A stretch of DNA of 64,000 nt from Clostridiales bacterium (GTDB lineage Bacteria; Bacillota; Clostridia; Christensenellales; Aristaeellaceae). Location of the stretch: NCBI GenBank assembly GCA_015056145.1, contig SVGY01000014.1:263-64262 (forward strand), read 5' to 3'. Shown here piece by piece: positions 45,597 to 54,447 of the stretch. The position numbers and the translations under genes were made by a program. The first letter of the stretch is position 1; every line of letters begins with the position of its first letter. The notes beneath the pieces are model-generated. The model saw only the letters and a list, made by a program, of their open reading frames with translations, ran no database searches and was not told the DNA's origin.

Positions 45597-47714
45597 ATGA
45601 GCTGCTATGTTCTGGCCGTGGGCGGAACCGGCAATAAAATACTGGAAAGCCTTGTCTATTGTGCCGCCATTGACGGTTTTTACACGGTGGATGAGGAAGG
45701 GGCCCGCAGCCCCATCCCCGAGATCCGCATGCTTTCCGTCGATGTGGACAGCGCTTGCGGCAACACAACCCGTGCCAAGCGTGCGGCGGAATATTATGAG
45801 GATATCCGGCAGGCCTACGAGAAGTATCCTGCCCGTCATCCGGGATTCCATACGGCGGTGCTGGCCAGCCGCTGGAATATGAACCTGTCCAAAAGGGCCA
45901 TGTCTGTGGACAAAATGGTGGAAGGCCATCGCAGGGATAAATTGCTCAGCCGAACCATTTTCAGCCGGACGGAATCCTCCCTTGAGTACAGCGAGGGCTT
46001 CCGGGGTCATCCCGACCTTGGTGTACTGTTTTTTTCCGATGTGCTCAATTCTCTGGAACGGCTTCGGGCAGAGGGCCAGCCTGACGAAATGAACGACCTG
46101 CTGGACCGCATCACCGATGAAATGAAGCGGGGAGAAAAAGTGAAGCTGATCCTTTGCGGCAGCATCTTCGGCGGTACAGGCGCATCGGGCATTCCCGCCA
46201 TCGCCAGGTTTCTCAGGGAGTATTTCAGGGACAACAGCCCCCTGTTTGAAATGGCAGCCATGCTGATGCTGCCTTACTACAAGGTTCCGCCATCCTCCCA
46301 GAATGAAGAGATGGAGATCGTGGTGAAGAGCTCCACCTTCCTGGACAAGGCACGCACGGCCCTGCAGTATTACGGTATGGAGGGCATGATACGCTCCGGC
46401 GAAAACGACGAAAAGGGCATCTTTGATGCGCTGTACATGCTGGGCCTGCCTACGGAGGCATTCATCACTACCCGCATCTATTCCACCGGTTCCCAGAGCC
46501 AGGAAAACGACGCACATATGCTGGAATGGCTGGCTACCAGGTGTATATCCCATTTCTTCCGCACCGGCTTCCGGGGCAAGGATGCCCACCACATCGACTG
46601 CTACTATTACCAGTGGCACACGCCTCAGCTGTGCTGGCAGAGCTTTGATCAGGAGGAGGAACTGTACCGCAATGGCTATACCAGCCTCCTGAAGGCGGCG
46701 GCGCTGTTTTTTGCGGAGCTGTACCCCTCTTTGCTGGGCTGTGCCAACGGACACAGAAAGAGCTGTACCCGCATCGGTTACTGCGCACCTTTCTTTTCCA
46801 CATTCCATAAAAAAACCAGCGCGGAGCAGGCAGAACTGGAGAATCTGCTCCAATCGCTGTATCATTTCCTGAATTTCTATTCCAACTGGATGATTCAAGT
46901 GGTGCGCACCATTCCCCCCACCATGAGGGAAAAGCGCATCAGCGAAAACTTGCGCACGGAGGCCGCAGAGAATTATGACCAGCTGGTAAAACGCCGGGCG
47001 CTGCTTACCCAGCGGGAGGAACACAAAGAAGAATCCCGGGCCTGGCAGGAAGAAACCAAGACCTTGCGCAAGGAATACGAGGATATGCAGCAGACCCGCA
47101 GCCAGCTTGCAAAGAAAATCGGCGGATATGCATGGCTGTCTGTGCTGAAGGACGCACAGGACAGCGCCCGGGAAAAGCTGTACCGTCAGGAAGAAAGCAT
47201 TGCAGAGGCAGAAGCCTCCCTGGAACGCATGAACGGCGAAGATGCAGGGCTGGTGGATGCCCAGATGATACGCCAGCAGACGGAACGGCTGGAAACCATG
47301 CGCCGTGCGGCTGTCACCATGGAACTGTGCCGGGAGCAGATCAGCCTGGATATTGAAGCTGCTATCCGGGAAAACGTGGTGCAGCGGGCTCCGGAACAGG
47401 CGGCACAGGATGAGGATGCATTGTCCCGCAACGGCCTGATGGACGCAGCTTTGCTGGAAAAACTCTATCTGTTGCTGAATCAGTACGGCCTGAAACCGGC
47501 CCAGCGCAGCAGCCAGGTTTTTGACGCTGCTGCCATAGAGCTGCAAAAAGGCCTGAACAAAATGAGCATTCAGCGTGTTCCCGACAGGATGGATACCACC
47601 CGGGTTATTGCGGGCCTTGGCGGAGGAACCCTTCGTGGCAGCGGCGCAGAAGGAGCTCTTTGCTCCTTCCTGACAACACTGCTCAGAGCCGTAGGAGAGG
47701 AGGAAGGCCAGTGA
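45597..47714 (+). CDS. tubulin/FtsZ-like GTPase domain protein with C-terminal coiled coil
   Basis: GGGAGG SD. T1-like VGGTGNK (45618-45638), T3-like GFRGHPDLG (45996-46022) and T4 signature GGTGASG (46170-46190). Charged heptad-like region at roughly 47000-47400. Confidence 0.7.
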   Translation: MSCYVLAVGGTGNKILESLVYCAAIDGFYTVDEEGARSPIPEIRMLSVDVDSACGNTTRAKRAAEYYEDIRQAYEKYPARHPGFHTAVLASRWNMNLSKRAMSVDKMVEGHRRDKLLSRTIFSRTESSLEYSEGFRGHPDLGVLFFSDVLNSLERLRAEGQPDEMNDLLDRITDEMKRGEKVKLILCGSIFGGTGASGIPAIARFLREYFRDNSPLFEMAAMLMLPYYKVPPSSQNEEMEIVVKSSTFLDKARTALQYYGMEGMIRSGENDEKGIFDALYMLGLPTEAFITTRIYSTGSQSQENDAHMLEWLATRCISHFFRTGFRGKDAHHIDCYYYQWHTPQLCWQSFDQEEELYRNGYTSLLKAAALFFAELYPSLLGCANGHRKSCTRIGYCAPFFSTFHKKTSAEQAELENLLQSLYHFLNFYSNWMIQVVRTIPPTMREKRISENLRTEAAENYDQLVKRRALLTQREEHKEESRAWQEETKTLRKEYEDMQQTRSQLAKKIGGYAWLSVLKDAQDSAREKLYRQEESIAEAEASLERMNGEDAGLVDAQMIRQQTERLETMRRAAVTMELCREQISLDIEAAIRENVVQRAPEQAAQDEDALSRNGLMDAALLEKLYLLLNQYGLKPAQRSSQVFDAAAIELQKGLNKMSIQRVPDRMDTTRVIAGLGGGTLRGSGAEGALCSFLTTLLRAVGEEEGQ

Positions 47715-50700
47715 AGGAACCGAAAAACAAGCGCCGTATTACCGAGGCAGATAAGGAAATGCTGGATAAGGAAACCCCGTATCTGACCCTGCTGCCTGAT
47801 ATGGACGAGGGCCTGAACATCGGCTACAAGCCTACTCCCGGTATTCAGAGCGACGGCAACCAGAAGCCCATGGAGTGGCTGGATCAGTTTGCCAAATTCA
47901 TCAAAACCCAAGGCGAGGACGTGGGATATTCCATTCCCGATGTGCTGGCCAGCGAACAGCAGCTGCGCCGTCTGGCCCGGCTTCCGGGAGATATTGCCCT
48001 GCGCCATCAGGAAATGGTGGATTACAGGGCGGTGCTTGCTCTGCTCCTTTTGTGGGAAAGCATAGCCGCTGACCCTTCCTGTGCCACGCTGACCATAGAG
48101 CCCATGCTGGAAATGGCGGACGAGGGCAGCTTTATTCACGCCGTTAGCGGCGCACTGCCTGAAAGCCGTGTGCGGGAAGGGTTGTATGTGTTTGCACTTT
48201 CCCGCCCCAAATCTGAAACCCCTGAAAAAACGCCCATCTGCCTGCTTTCCCGCAGTATGGTGCTGATGCCTGCGGCCAACTTGGGGGATCTGAGCAACCT
48301 TCTGCCGCCCTCTGTGGGCTGGTATGACCGCAACCGCAAGCGTTTTACCGACCCCTGCCCCTGGCTGGACGAGGAAATGTGCGCAGTGCTTATCCCCCGG
48401 CTGAGGCTGCTGAAAAGCCTCAACGAAGAGATTGCCTCCAGCTACATCTATTCTCAGGAGGCACAGCTGTGCTCGCTTATCGACCGCTTTATCCGGGATA
48501 TTCTTGCGGGAAGGGAAACCTGGCGGCAAGCCGTCAGAACCGGTGATGAAGAGGCTGCACGGGAACTGCGCACCCGCATTCTGACCATATACGGCCTGGC
48601 AGAGCGGGATCAGCGGTTGCAACTGAATATGTACACCTATCCTGCGGATGCATCCGATGCAGGCAGTAATGTGCTCATGGGTCAATTGATCCATCCGGAG
48701 GAGCCTGCGCCGAAACTGGATGCAGGTGAGGATACGGTGCTCTACACAATGGATGGCGTACCCTTCGCCCGGTTCTCTGCATCTTTCCTGATGGAGCCTT
48801 CCCGTGCCTTTGGCGAGAAGGAGGCGCTTCGCCGTGCAGAGGAAGAGATTGCCCTGCTGGATCAGTATGATGAAGACTGGCGGGCCAATATGGCCAGCAC
48901 ATTGCTGGAACTGTACCAGGACACCCAGGGCAGAACCGGTGTGGATCCGGCGGTTCCGGAGCTCTTGCTGGCGTGGAGCCGGGAATATGCGGCTGCCCCC
49001 CGTTATGGCGACAGCGATATTTTGCTGCGTTATCCGGAGGAAACTTCATCACGCACTCTGTCCCCCTTGCTGGAAAAGCTGTTTGGCCAGGGGGCCGAGG
49101 ATTGCATCCGGGAGCCCTTTTCCGATTGCCTCCTGATGGTGGAAAATGCGGAAACCTGCCCGCTTCCCGGGTGGATGGAGCCTTATTGCAGGCTCCGGGA
49201 TGTGCCCGGAGACCACAGGGTGTATTTTGTGCCGCCCATTTCCAGAGGAATGGCCGCATGGCTTGCCCGCAATGGCGAAAGTAACGATCCTTCCCTGCCC
49301 AGACTGCTGCCGGAAAGCCTGTCCTGCAGGCTTCTGGCAGATCAGCAGCACATTGAAGCAAGCTTTTCCGTTGGTACCCGCAGCGCCAATCAGCAGGGCG
49401 TGCTGGGAAAAGTGAGCTTTGTTCGTACCTACGACCTGCGGGCTCTGCCGGAGGTGGGCGCAGCGGTGACTCTTGCTGCATCTGCTCTGCCCTCGGTTAC
49501 GGTATGGCCCAACATCCGTCTTTCTTCCCAACAGTGGAAGCAGTATTTTGTGCACACCCACGGTGCACATACGCTGGAAGCCTTCACTCTGGACGGTGAT
49601 CAGTGGAAGCGGGGCATTATGCGTTCGGCTCAGGGCTATGACCGGGAGGAAATGAGCCGCCGCAGCTGGCATACTGCCAGAACCACCACCTTCCCGGCCT
49701 ATGTGGCCCTGTGCCGTGGTTCGCTGTGCTTTGGTATGCTGGTGAATGATCTTTCCTGCACACAGCTGCGCTATGAGCAGCCCGCCATCATCAGTGTGGA
49801 CTTTGGCTCCATTGCCACCACCGTGATGATGCGCCAGGGCGACAAGGTTCAGCCGGCCTCCCTGCCAGCCAGCCTGCACGGTGTGCTTCTTTCGGCCACG
49901 GAGGGGCTGGAGGATATCCTCATGGAGGAATTCATCCCCCGCAACGCCCTCACCCCCGGCAGCCCCAGCGAAAGCACCTACTACAGCGTGGTGGACCTTT
50001 TCGGAGAAGGCCCGGCGGATTGGAAAAACGTGCTGGAGGATGGCCATATTTTCTATCCGGAAAGCATGACGGCCTTGATGCGCAAGGATTCCAACACCCT
50101 TTACTACGACCTGAAGTGGAGCGATGAGGAATATGTGCTCAGGTGCCTGAGGCTGTTCCTGAAGCAGATGATGCTGCAGGCATCGCTGGCAGCACGGCTC
50201 TGGGGGTCCGAAAGCCTCAGCTGGCGTGTAAGCGTGCCCGGTGCCCTGCCGCCCCACCGGCAGGAGGCTTATCTGGACATGATGCGTGGCCTTGCCAAGG
50301 AAGTGGCCAAGGAAACGGGCATGCCCCTCAGCAGCGGCTGCCCTGCGGTACTCTATGCGCTGGAAAATCAGGCGGACGGCCTGTACTTCCGTCACCGCAA
50401 CGAGGTGAACGCAGGCAGCGGATACCTGAATCTGGACGTGGGCGGCAGTACCGCCGACCTGAGCCTGTGGCTCCGGGGAGGCAGTCACGCCACGGCGGAA
50501 TGTTCACTGCTGCTGGGTTGCAGGCGGATTCTGTATGCATCCGTGTCCGAAGGGCATATAGAAGATTTTCACCGGGATTTCCTCCGGGGCGACAGCGCTA
50601 TGGTCGGCGCCGCAGCGGGTCTGGTGGAGGAAATGCGCAGCGCAGGCAGCGCCACCCGGGCGCAACAGAAATGCATGCTCCTCATGGACGATTTCTTTGC

Positions 50701-51373
50701 CAGCTACGCAAAACCCATCCGCAAATGCCTTGCGGAATTCCGCTCCCAGGGCCAGATTACCTATACGGAATCGTTGCTGCTGTTCAACTTCGGCTTCCTG
50801 TTCCGGCTTTGCGGCCTGATGCTGCAGCGTTCCTATGAGGATAAGGAACTGCGGGCAAAGCTGCCTCAGCGGGTGGAATTGTGCATTGCCGGCAATGGCG
50901 GTCAGCTTCTGAAAATGTTCTCCCGGGAGCAGATGGAGCGGCTGTGTGGCCTTGCCCTGACCCTTCTGTGCAACCAGCATCCCGTAACGGTGCTGATGCC
51001 GGTGCAGAGCGTTGATCCCAAGCAGGAGGTGGCCCTTGGCCTGCTTCACAGCGAGGGCGATCTGCAAAGTACCCTGCACAGCGTGGAGCGCTGGAATGGT
51101 ACCCTTCTTAGCGAAGACGGCAGAAGCCTCCACGGAGAGGATTCCTTTATGGCGGATTTCCTCCGGGAGTTTGTGCAGGCGTTCCCCCAGGCGGCCAACC
51201 GCATCCTTGGCAACGCCCTGGAAATGGATGACCTTGGGGAAGTGCATCTTGCAGAAGGAGCGCTGATGGAGCTGGAAAACATTCTGGCCAACGAAAACGC
51301 AAAAACGCCCGAAGACAATTTTGGTACCTACATCCGCTGCTTTGCTGCCATGAAGCGGCTTTGGAGGGTGTAA
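47711..51373 (+). CDS. giant protein with C-terminal actin/Hsp70-like (ASKHA) ATPase domain
   Basis: GTG 47711 overlaps the upstream TGA (GTGA), with SD GGAGAGGAGGAAGG. Motifs occur in order: ISVDFGSIATT (49790-49822), ALENQADG (50357-50380), DVGGSTAD (50435-50458), IAGNGGQ (50885-50905). Confidence 0.65.
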   Translation: MKEPKNKRRITEADKEMLDKETPYLTLLPDMDEGLNIGYKPTPGIQSDGNQKPMEWLDQFAKFIKTQGEDVGYSIPDVLASEQQLRRLARLPGDIALRHQEMVDYRAVLALLLLWESIAADPSCATLTIEPMLEMADEGSFIHAVSGALPESRVREGLYVFALSRPKSETPEKTPICLLSRSMVLMPAANLGDLSNLLPPSVGWYDRNRKRFTDPCPWLDEEMCAVLIPRLRLLKSLNEEIASSYIYSQEAQLCSLIDRFIRDILAGRETWRQAVRTGDEEAARELRTRILTIYGLAERDQRLQLNMYTYPADASDAGSNVLMGQLIHPEEPAPKLDAGEDTVLYTMDGVPFARFSASFLMEPSRAFGEKEALRRAEEEIALLDQYDEDWRANMASTLLELYQDTQGRTGVDPAVPELLLAWSREYAAAPRYGDSDILLRYPEETSSRTLSPLLEKLFGQGAEDCIREPFSDCLLMVENAETCPLPGWMEPYCRLRDVPGDHRVYFVPPISRGMAAWLARNGESNDPSLPRLLPESLSCRLLADQQHIEASFSVGTRSANQQGVLGKVSFVRTYDLRALPEVGAAVTLAASALPSVTVWPNIRLSSQQWKQYFVHTHGAHTLEAFTLDGDQWKRGIMRSAQGYDREEMSRRSWHTARTTTFPAYVALCRGSLCFGMLVNDLSCTQLRYEQPAIISVDFGSIATTVMMRQGDKVQPASLPASLHGVLLSATEGLEDILMEEFIPRNALTPGSPSESTYYSVVDLFGEGPADWKNVLEDGHIFYPESMTALMRKDSNTLYYDLKWSDEEYVLRCLRLFLKQMMLQASLAARLWGSESLSWRVSVPGALPPHRQEAYLDMMRGLAKEVAKETGMPLSSGCPAVLYALENQADGLYFRHRNEVNAGSGYLNLDVGGSTADLSLWLRGGSHATAECSLLLGCRRILYASVSEGHIEDFHRDFLRGDSAMVGAAAGLVEEMRSAGSATRAQQKCMLLMDDFFASYAKPIRKCLAEFRSQGQITYTESLLLFNFGFLFRLCGLMLQRSYEDKELRAKLPQRVELCIAGNGGQLLKMFSREQMERLCGLALTLLCNQHPVTVLMPVQSVDPKQEVALGLLHSEGDLQSTLHSVERWNGTLLSEDGRSLHGEDSFMADFLREFVQAFPQAANRILGNALEMDDLGEVHLAEGALMELENILANENAKTPEDNFGTYIRCFAAMKRLWRV

Positions 51374-51390
51374 GGCCTGCTGGACAGAAA

Positions 51391-51431
51391 AGGACTGTTG
51401 CGAAGATTTGCTTTGCAACAGTCCTGTTTTT
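51391..51431. terminator. bidirectional Rho-independent terminator
   Basis: AGGACTGTTGCGAAG / CTTTGCAACAGTCCT stem followed by GTTTTT. A T-rich run is also present on the opposite strand. Confidence 0.8.
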
Positions 51432-51446
51432 ATGCACTCTGTGATT

Positions 51447-52109
51447 TTATTCCATCCACGGATGTCCTGCGGGACATAGTTTCTTCAGTTGAAGCTGAAA
51501 CCATTGCTTTTGCGAAGGAGAAAGTCGGGGATAGACGGCTTGATAATCGCTGGCGGCGGGACCTTCATCGGGACGCAGCGCTTTATACAGCAAAGCCAGC
51601 TCGGGAGCCAGGAAGGGGAAACCTTCGGTTCCCCGGAGCAAAGCCTTTTCTGCGGGCAGGGAAACGGGCGGATTGGCGCTGAAAAGATAGGTATTCGGGG
51701 CTGCGGAGGGGGTAAAAAGAAACTCCAGATAATTCAGTTCCTTCAGCCCTGTATGATAAAACTGATGGTACAGCAGGCCCTCTTCCTCGCTGGGAAAGAA
51801 CTCCACCAGAGAGCAACCCGGCAGAACACACATCAGGTTACGCCCCGGGTCGCTGGCATCGCCCGGCTCCAGCAGGCGAACCTTGCCCTGCCCACGGAAC
51901 TCGTATACCTGCCAGCCGGATTTTTGCATAAAGGCGGGTATTTTGCTCCGGTCGGCTTCAAAGGCACAGAGATCGATATCTCCGTGGGGGCGCAGTTCCC
52001 TGCCAAGAAAGAGCTCCAAAGCAAAGCCGCCGCAGACGGCCCATGAGAAATCGGCAGCAGACAACAGCTTCGCCGCCTGCATAAGCAGAGGATTCATCGT
52101 GGTGAACAC
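51447..52109 (-). CDS. nucleotidyltransferase-fold protein (aminoglycoside/lincosamide NTase-like)
   Basis: N-terminal motif VCGGFALELFLG ... HGDIDL fits the G(G/S)-x(n)-DxD minimal NTase fold. The start is either GTG 52109 or ATG 52097. Confidence 0.55.
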   Translation of the reverse strand: MFTTMNPLLMQAAKLLSAADFSWAVCGGFALELFLGRELRPHGDIDLCAFEADRSKIPAFMQKSGWQVYEFRGQGKVRLLEPGDASDPGRNLMCVLPGCSLVEFFPSEEEGLLYHQFYHTGLKELNYLEFLFTPSAAPNTYLFSANPPVSLPAEKALLRGTEGFPFLAPELALLYKALRPDEGPAASDYQAVYPRLSPSQKQWFQLQLKKLCPAGHPWME

Positions 52110-52135
52110 ATCCCTTCATTCATTGCGGAAAATAG

Positions 52136-52178
52136 GATAAAAGAGAAACACGCAGCCTGTGAATGTGGCAGCGTGTTT
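52136..52178 (-). terminator. Rho-independent terminator
   Basis: AAACACGCAGCC / GGCAGCGTGTTT stem (1 mismatch). A T-rich tract follows on the minus strand. Confidence 0.55.
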
Positions 52179-52183
52179 TGCTA

Positions 52184-53155
52184 TCAATATATGATGCTCG
52201 ATGATTTTGCCAGGCATTTGTCCCGGGCGGCATCCATCAGCAGGAAGAATGCCTGTGCCTCCACGGAATAACCGGGCTTGTTGAAGAATGGAGCGCCACA
52301 TACCGGGGAAATACGTCCATGATCGTCCATGGCGTTTACCACCGAATTAAAGAGGAACTCGGCCTTGGGCAGCCAGTCCTTTTCCAGCCAGCCGTCGGCC
52401 ATGCCACGGTACATGGCGTAGGCAACCATTTGGCTCAGGTTCCATTCCTTGAAACTTTCAGGTTTATCCATGATGTCATGGTAGCTACCGTCTTCGTTCT
52501 GCCAGCGGATCACATCGGCAAGAAGCGCTTTGTTCATGGAAATGAGTTTTTGCCGGTCGCTTTCTTTTTCCGGGGGCAGCATTGCAATGACCCGGGCGAT
52601 ACCCGCAAGAGCCCAACCGTTGCCGCTGCCCCAGAAGGCTCCATCGGCAAATTCTTGCCTGCCTTCATCCCAGATGTGACGGAGGAGGCCGGTTTCCGGA
52701 TCCCGTAGCGCATCGAAGAGGCCGTAGAGCTGATGAAGAGCTTCGTCGTACTTGCCAGCGGCGCACAGGAAAGGAGGCAGCATGTACAGGGAATCATTCC
52801 AGAACTGCACGCCATCGCCAAGGTGAAAGAGAATTCCCTTTTCACTGCGGGGCGCCAGTTCCAGCGACCAGCTCAAAAGTTTTTCAACATTGGTTTTCAG
52901 GTGTTCGTGACCGGGCATGGCCGAAGCAACAATCATTCCTTCGCCACAGGCGCAGGGATCATTCACGGCCGTTTCGCTGCCCATCATGGCAACACGTCCG
53001 TCTTCAAGGCTGCGGTAGGCGGCTTCCTCGGCCATCATGGCCATGGCTTCCAGATCGCCACATTCCAGCAGGGCTTGCATGGCGGTACCCTGCTCCCAGG
53101 AAAAACGCTGCATGCAAAGCATGGCCAGCTTGGCTTTGTCAGCAATGGGGTGCAT
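52184..53155 (-). CDS. glycoside hydrolase family 88/105-like (unsaturated uronyl hydrolase)
   Basis: FWNDSLYMLPPFL and FWGSGNGWALAG motifs are typical of the GH88/GH105 (alpha/alpha)6 fold. Confidence 0.72.
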   Translation of the reverse strand: MHPIADKAKLAMLCMQRFSWEQGTAMQALLECGDLEAMAMMAEEAAYRSLEDGRVAMMGSETAVNDPCACGEGMIVASAMPGHEHLKTNVEKLLSWSLELAPRSEKGILFHLGDGVQFWNDSLYMLPPFLCAAGKYDEALHQLYGLFDALRDPETGLLRHIWDEGRQEFADGAFWGSGNGWALAGIARVIAMLPPEKESDRQKLISMNKALLADVIRWQNEDGSYHDIMDKPESFKEWNLSQMVAYAMYRGMADGWLEKDWLPKAEFLFNSVVNAMDDHGRISPVCGAPFFNKPGYSVEAQAFFLLMDAARDKCLAKSSSIIY

Positions 53156-53181
53156 ATGTCCTCCTTGCCCGGCGGGCGGGT

Positions 53182-54444
53182 TTATTCTTCAGGTTCCTCC
53201 ACGGGGATGGCGTTATCGCTGACGCCGACGCCAATAAGGGAGGTAACGGTACGCACGAAGGTCTTATCCTTCCACTTGGCCAGGTTGTTCAGCATCCGTC
53301 CACGGAAGATCAGCGCCATGGTATTGCCGCCATCCAGGTTGAAGCCTTCCACCACGCCTCTCTCCAGCATCAGCTGGGTAGGGAAACGCAGACCGGTGCC
53401 TTCGGAATTCTTGGTGCGGCCCTGAACAGAAACCAGCAGGTAATGGTTGGGTTCGATCATGCCAAGAAGCTGGCGGGGGGATTTGGTGTCATAATAGCCG
53501 GCAGGGATGTATTCGTCGATCTGGCCTTCGGAAATGACCACGGGCCCGAAACAGAATACATTCACGGCGCCCAGCGCCAGCAACTCTTCAGAGGTGATGG
53601 TGCTGCTGCGGTAGCATTTGAGCGTGCCATCGGGGAACTGGGCCATCATGTCCAGATTGGGCAGGTTGTGGAGACGCTTGCGGTAGTCGTCATCGCAGAT
53701 GATCTCGCCATTGCGGATGACGATGCCTTCCTGCTCCTTGCGGTTGATGCGGTGGCCGTAGAAGTCGTCGGTAAAGCCGAGGACGTATTTGTTGTTGGTT
53801 GCGATATCGAAGGGGTAGGAAAAACGGGTGCCGGGACGGTCGGGGTTGGTTTCCGTGGTGAGGAACTGCTGTCCGTTGCGCATGAAGATTTCCGTTTCAA
53901 ACCACACCAGCGGCACGGAAGGACGCTCGTAGCGGTTGATAAGGATTTGCAGATCGCCGGAAAGATAGCACCACTGACCGCCTTCGTCATTTTCATAAAA
54001 ATACTCGGAACCGTCGGCAGTATAGCCGGCTTCGTCCAGCTCGGGCACATCGTCCGCCATCAGGGGGCGGGGAGTGGGCAGGGGTTCCGGCGTGGGTTCA
54101 GGGGTGGGGGTGGGCTCCACATAGGGCTGAGCCTGGTCGGAAAAGAGGAAGTCTTTGTCCGCTACGGTAATCACGCCGGTCACTTCCAGACCATTCTGCT
54201 CCTGAAAGGTTTTGACGGTGCGGGTCATGGCGGAGTTGAATTCCCGGTTGAGATTGGTGGTGTTGTAGTAGCCCAGCTCGTAAAGACGCTGCTTGATCTC
54301 TTTGATTTCGGCGTTTTTGTCGCCCTGTTTGTAGAGCACCTTATCGGGCGCAGGGGTCTCTTCAGCTTCCGCACAGGCGGCGCCCACGCAGGCAAGCAGG
54401 GAAAGAATCAGCACGAGAAGGGCAATCAGACGGAATTTTTTCAT
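53182..54444 (-). CDS. secreted peptidoglycan-binding domain protein with phosphodiester glycosidase (NAGPA-like) domain
   Basis: Signal peptide present. PG_binding_1-like segment (IKEIKQRLYELGYY ... TVKTFQEQNGLEVTGV). Pro/Thr/Glu linker. The C-terminal domain ends in FNLDGGNTMALIF. Confidence 0.65.
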   Translation of the reverse strand: MKKFRLIALLVLILSLLACVGAACAEAEETPAPDKVLYKQGDKNAEIKEIKQRLYELGYYNTTNLNREFNSAMTRTVKTFQEQNGLEVTGVITVADKDFLFSDQAQPYVEPTPTPEPTPEPLPTPRPLMADDVPELDEAGYTADGSEYFYENDEGGQWCYLSGDLQILINRYERPSVPLVWFETEIFMRNGQQFLTTETNPDRPGTRFSYPFDIATNNKYVLGFTDDFYGHRINRKEQEGIVIRNGEIICDDDYRKRLHNLPNLDMMAQFPDGTLKCYRSSTITSEELLALGAVNVFCFGPVVISEGQIDEYIPAGYYDTKSPRQLLGMIEPNHYLLVSVQGRTKNSEGTGLRFPTQLMLERGVVEGFNLDGGNTMALIFRGRMLNNLAKWKDKTFVRTVTSLIGVGVSDNAIPVEEPEE

Positions 54445-54447
54445 TTG

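Noticed and set aside
44406-47546. 1046-aa ORF on the minus strand across the novel operon
   Set aside because: The plus strand carries three SD-preceded genes here, with a lipobox, TM helices and tubulin-type motifs. The minus-strand translation is low-complexity and spans the plus-strand gene boundaries.
47570-51418. Three minus-strand ORFs (47570..48694, 49049..50488, 50504..51418) antisense to the giant ASKHA gene
   Set aside because: They are fragmented, lack SDs and lack motifs. The plus frame stays open for 3.66 kb, is translationally coupled to the upstream gene, and has ordered ATPase motifs.
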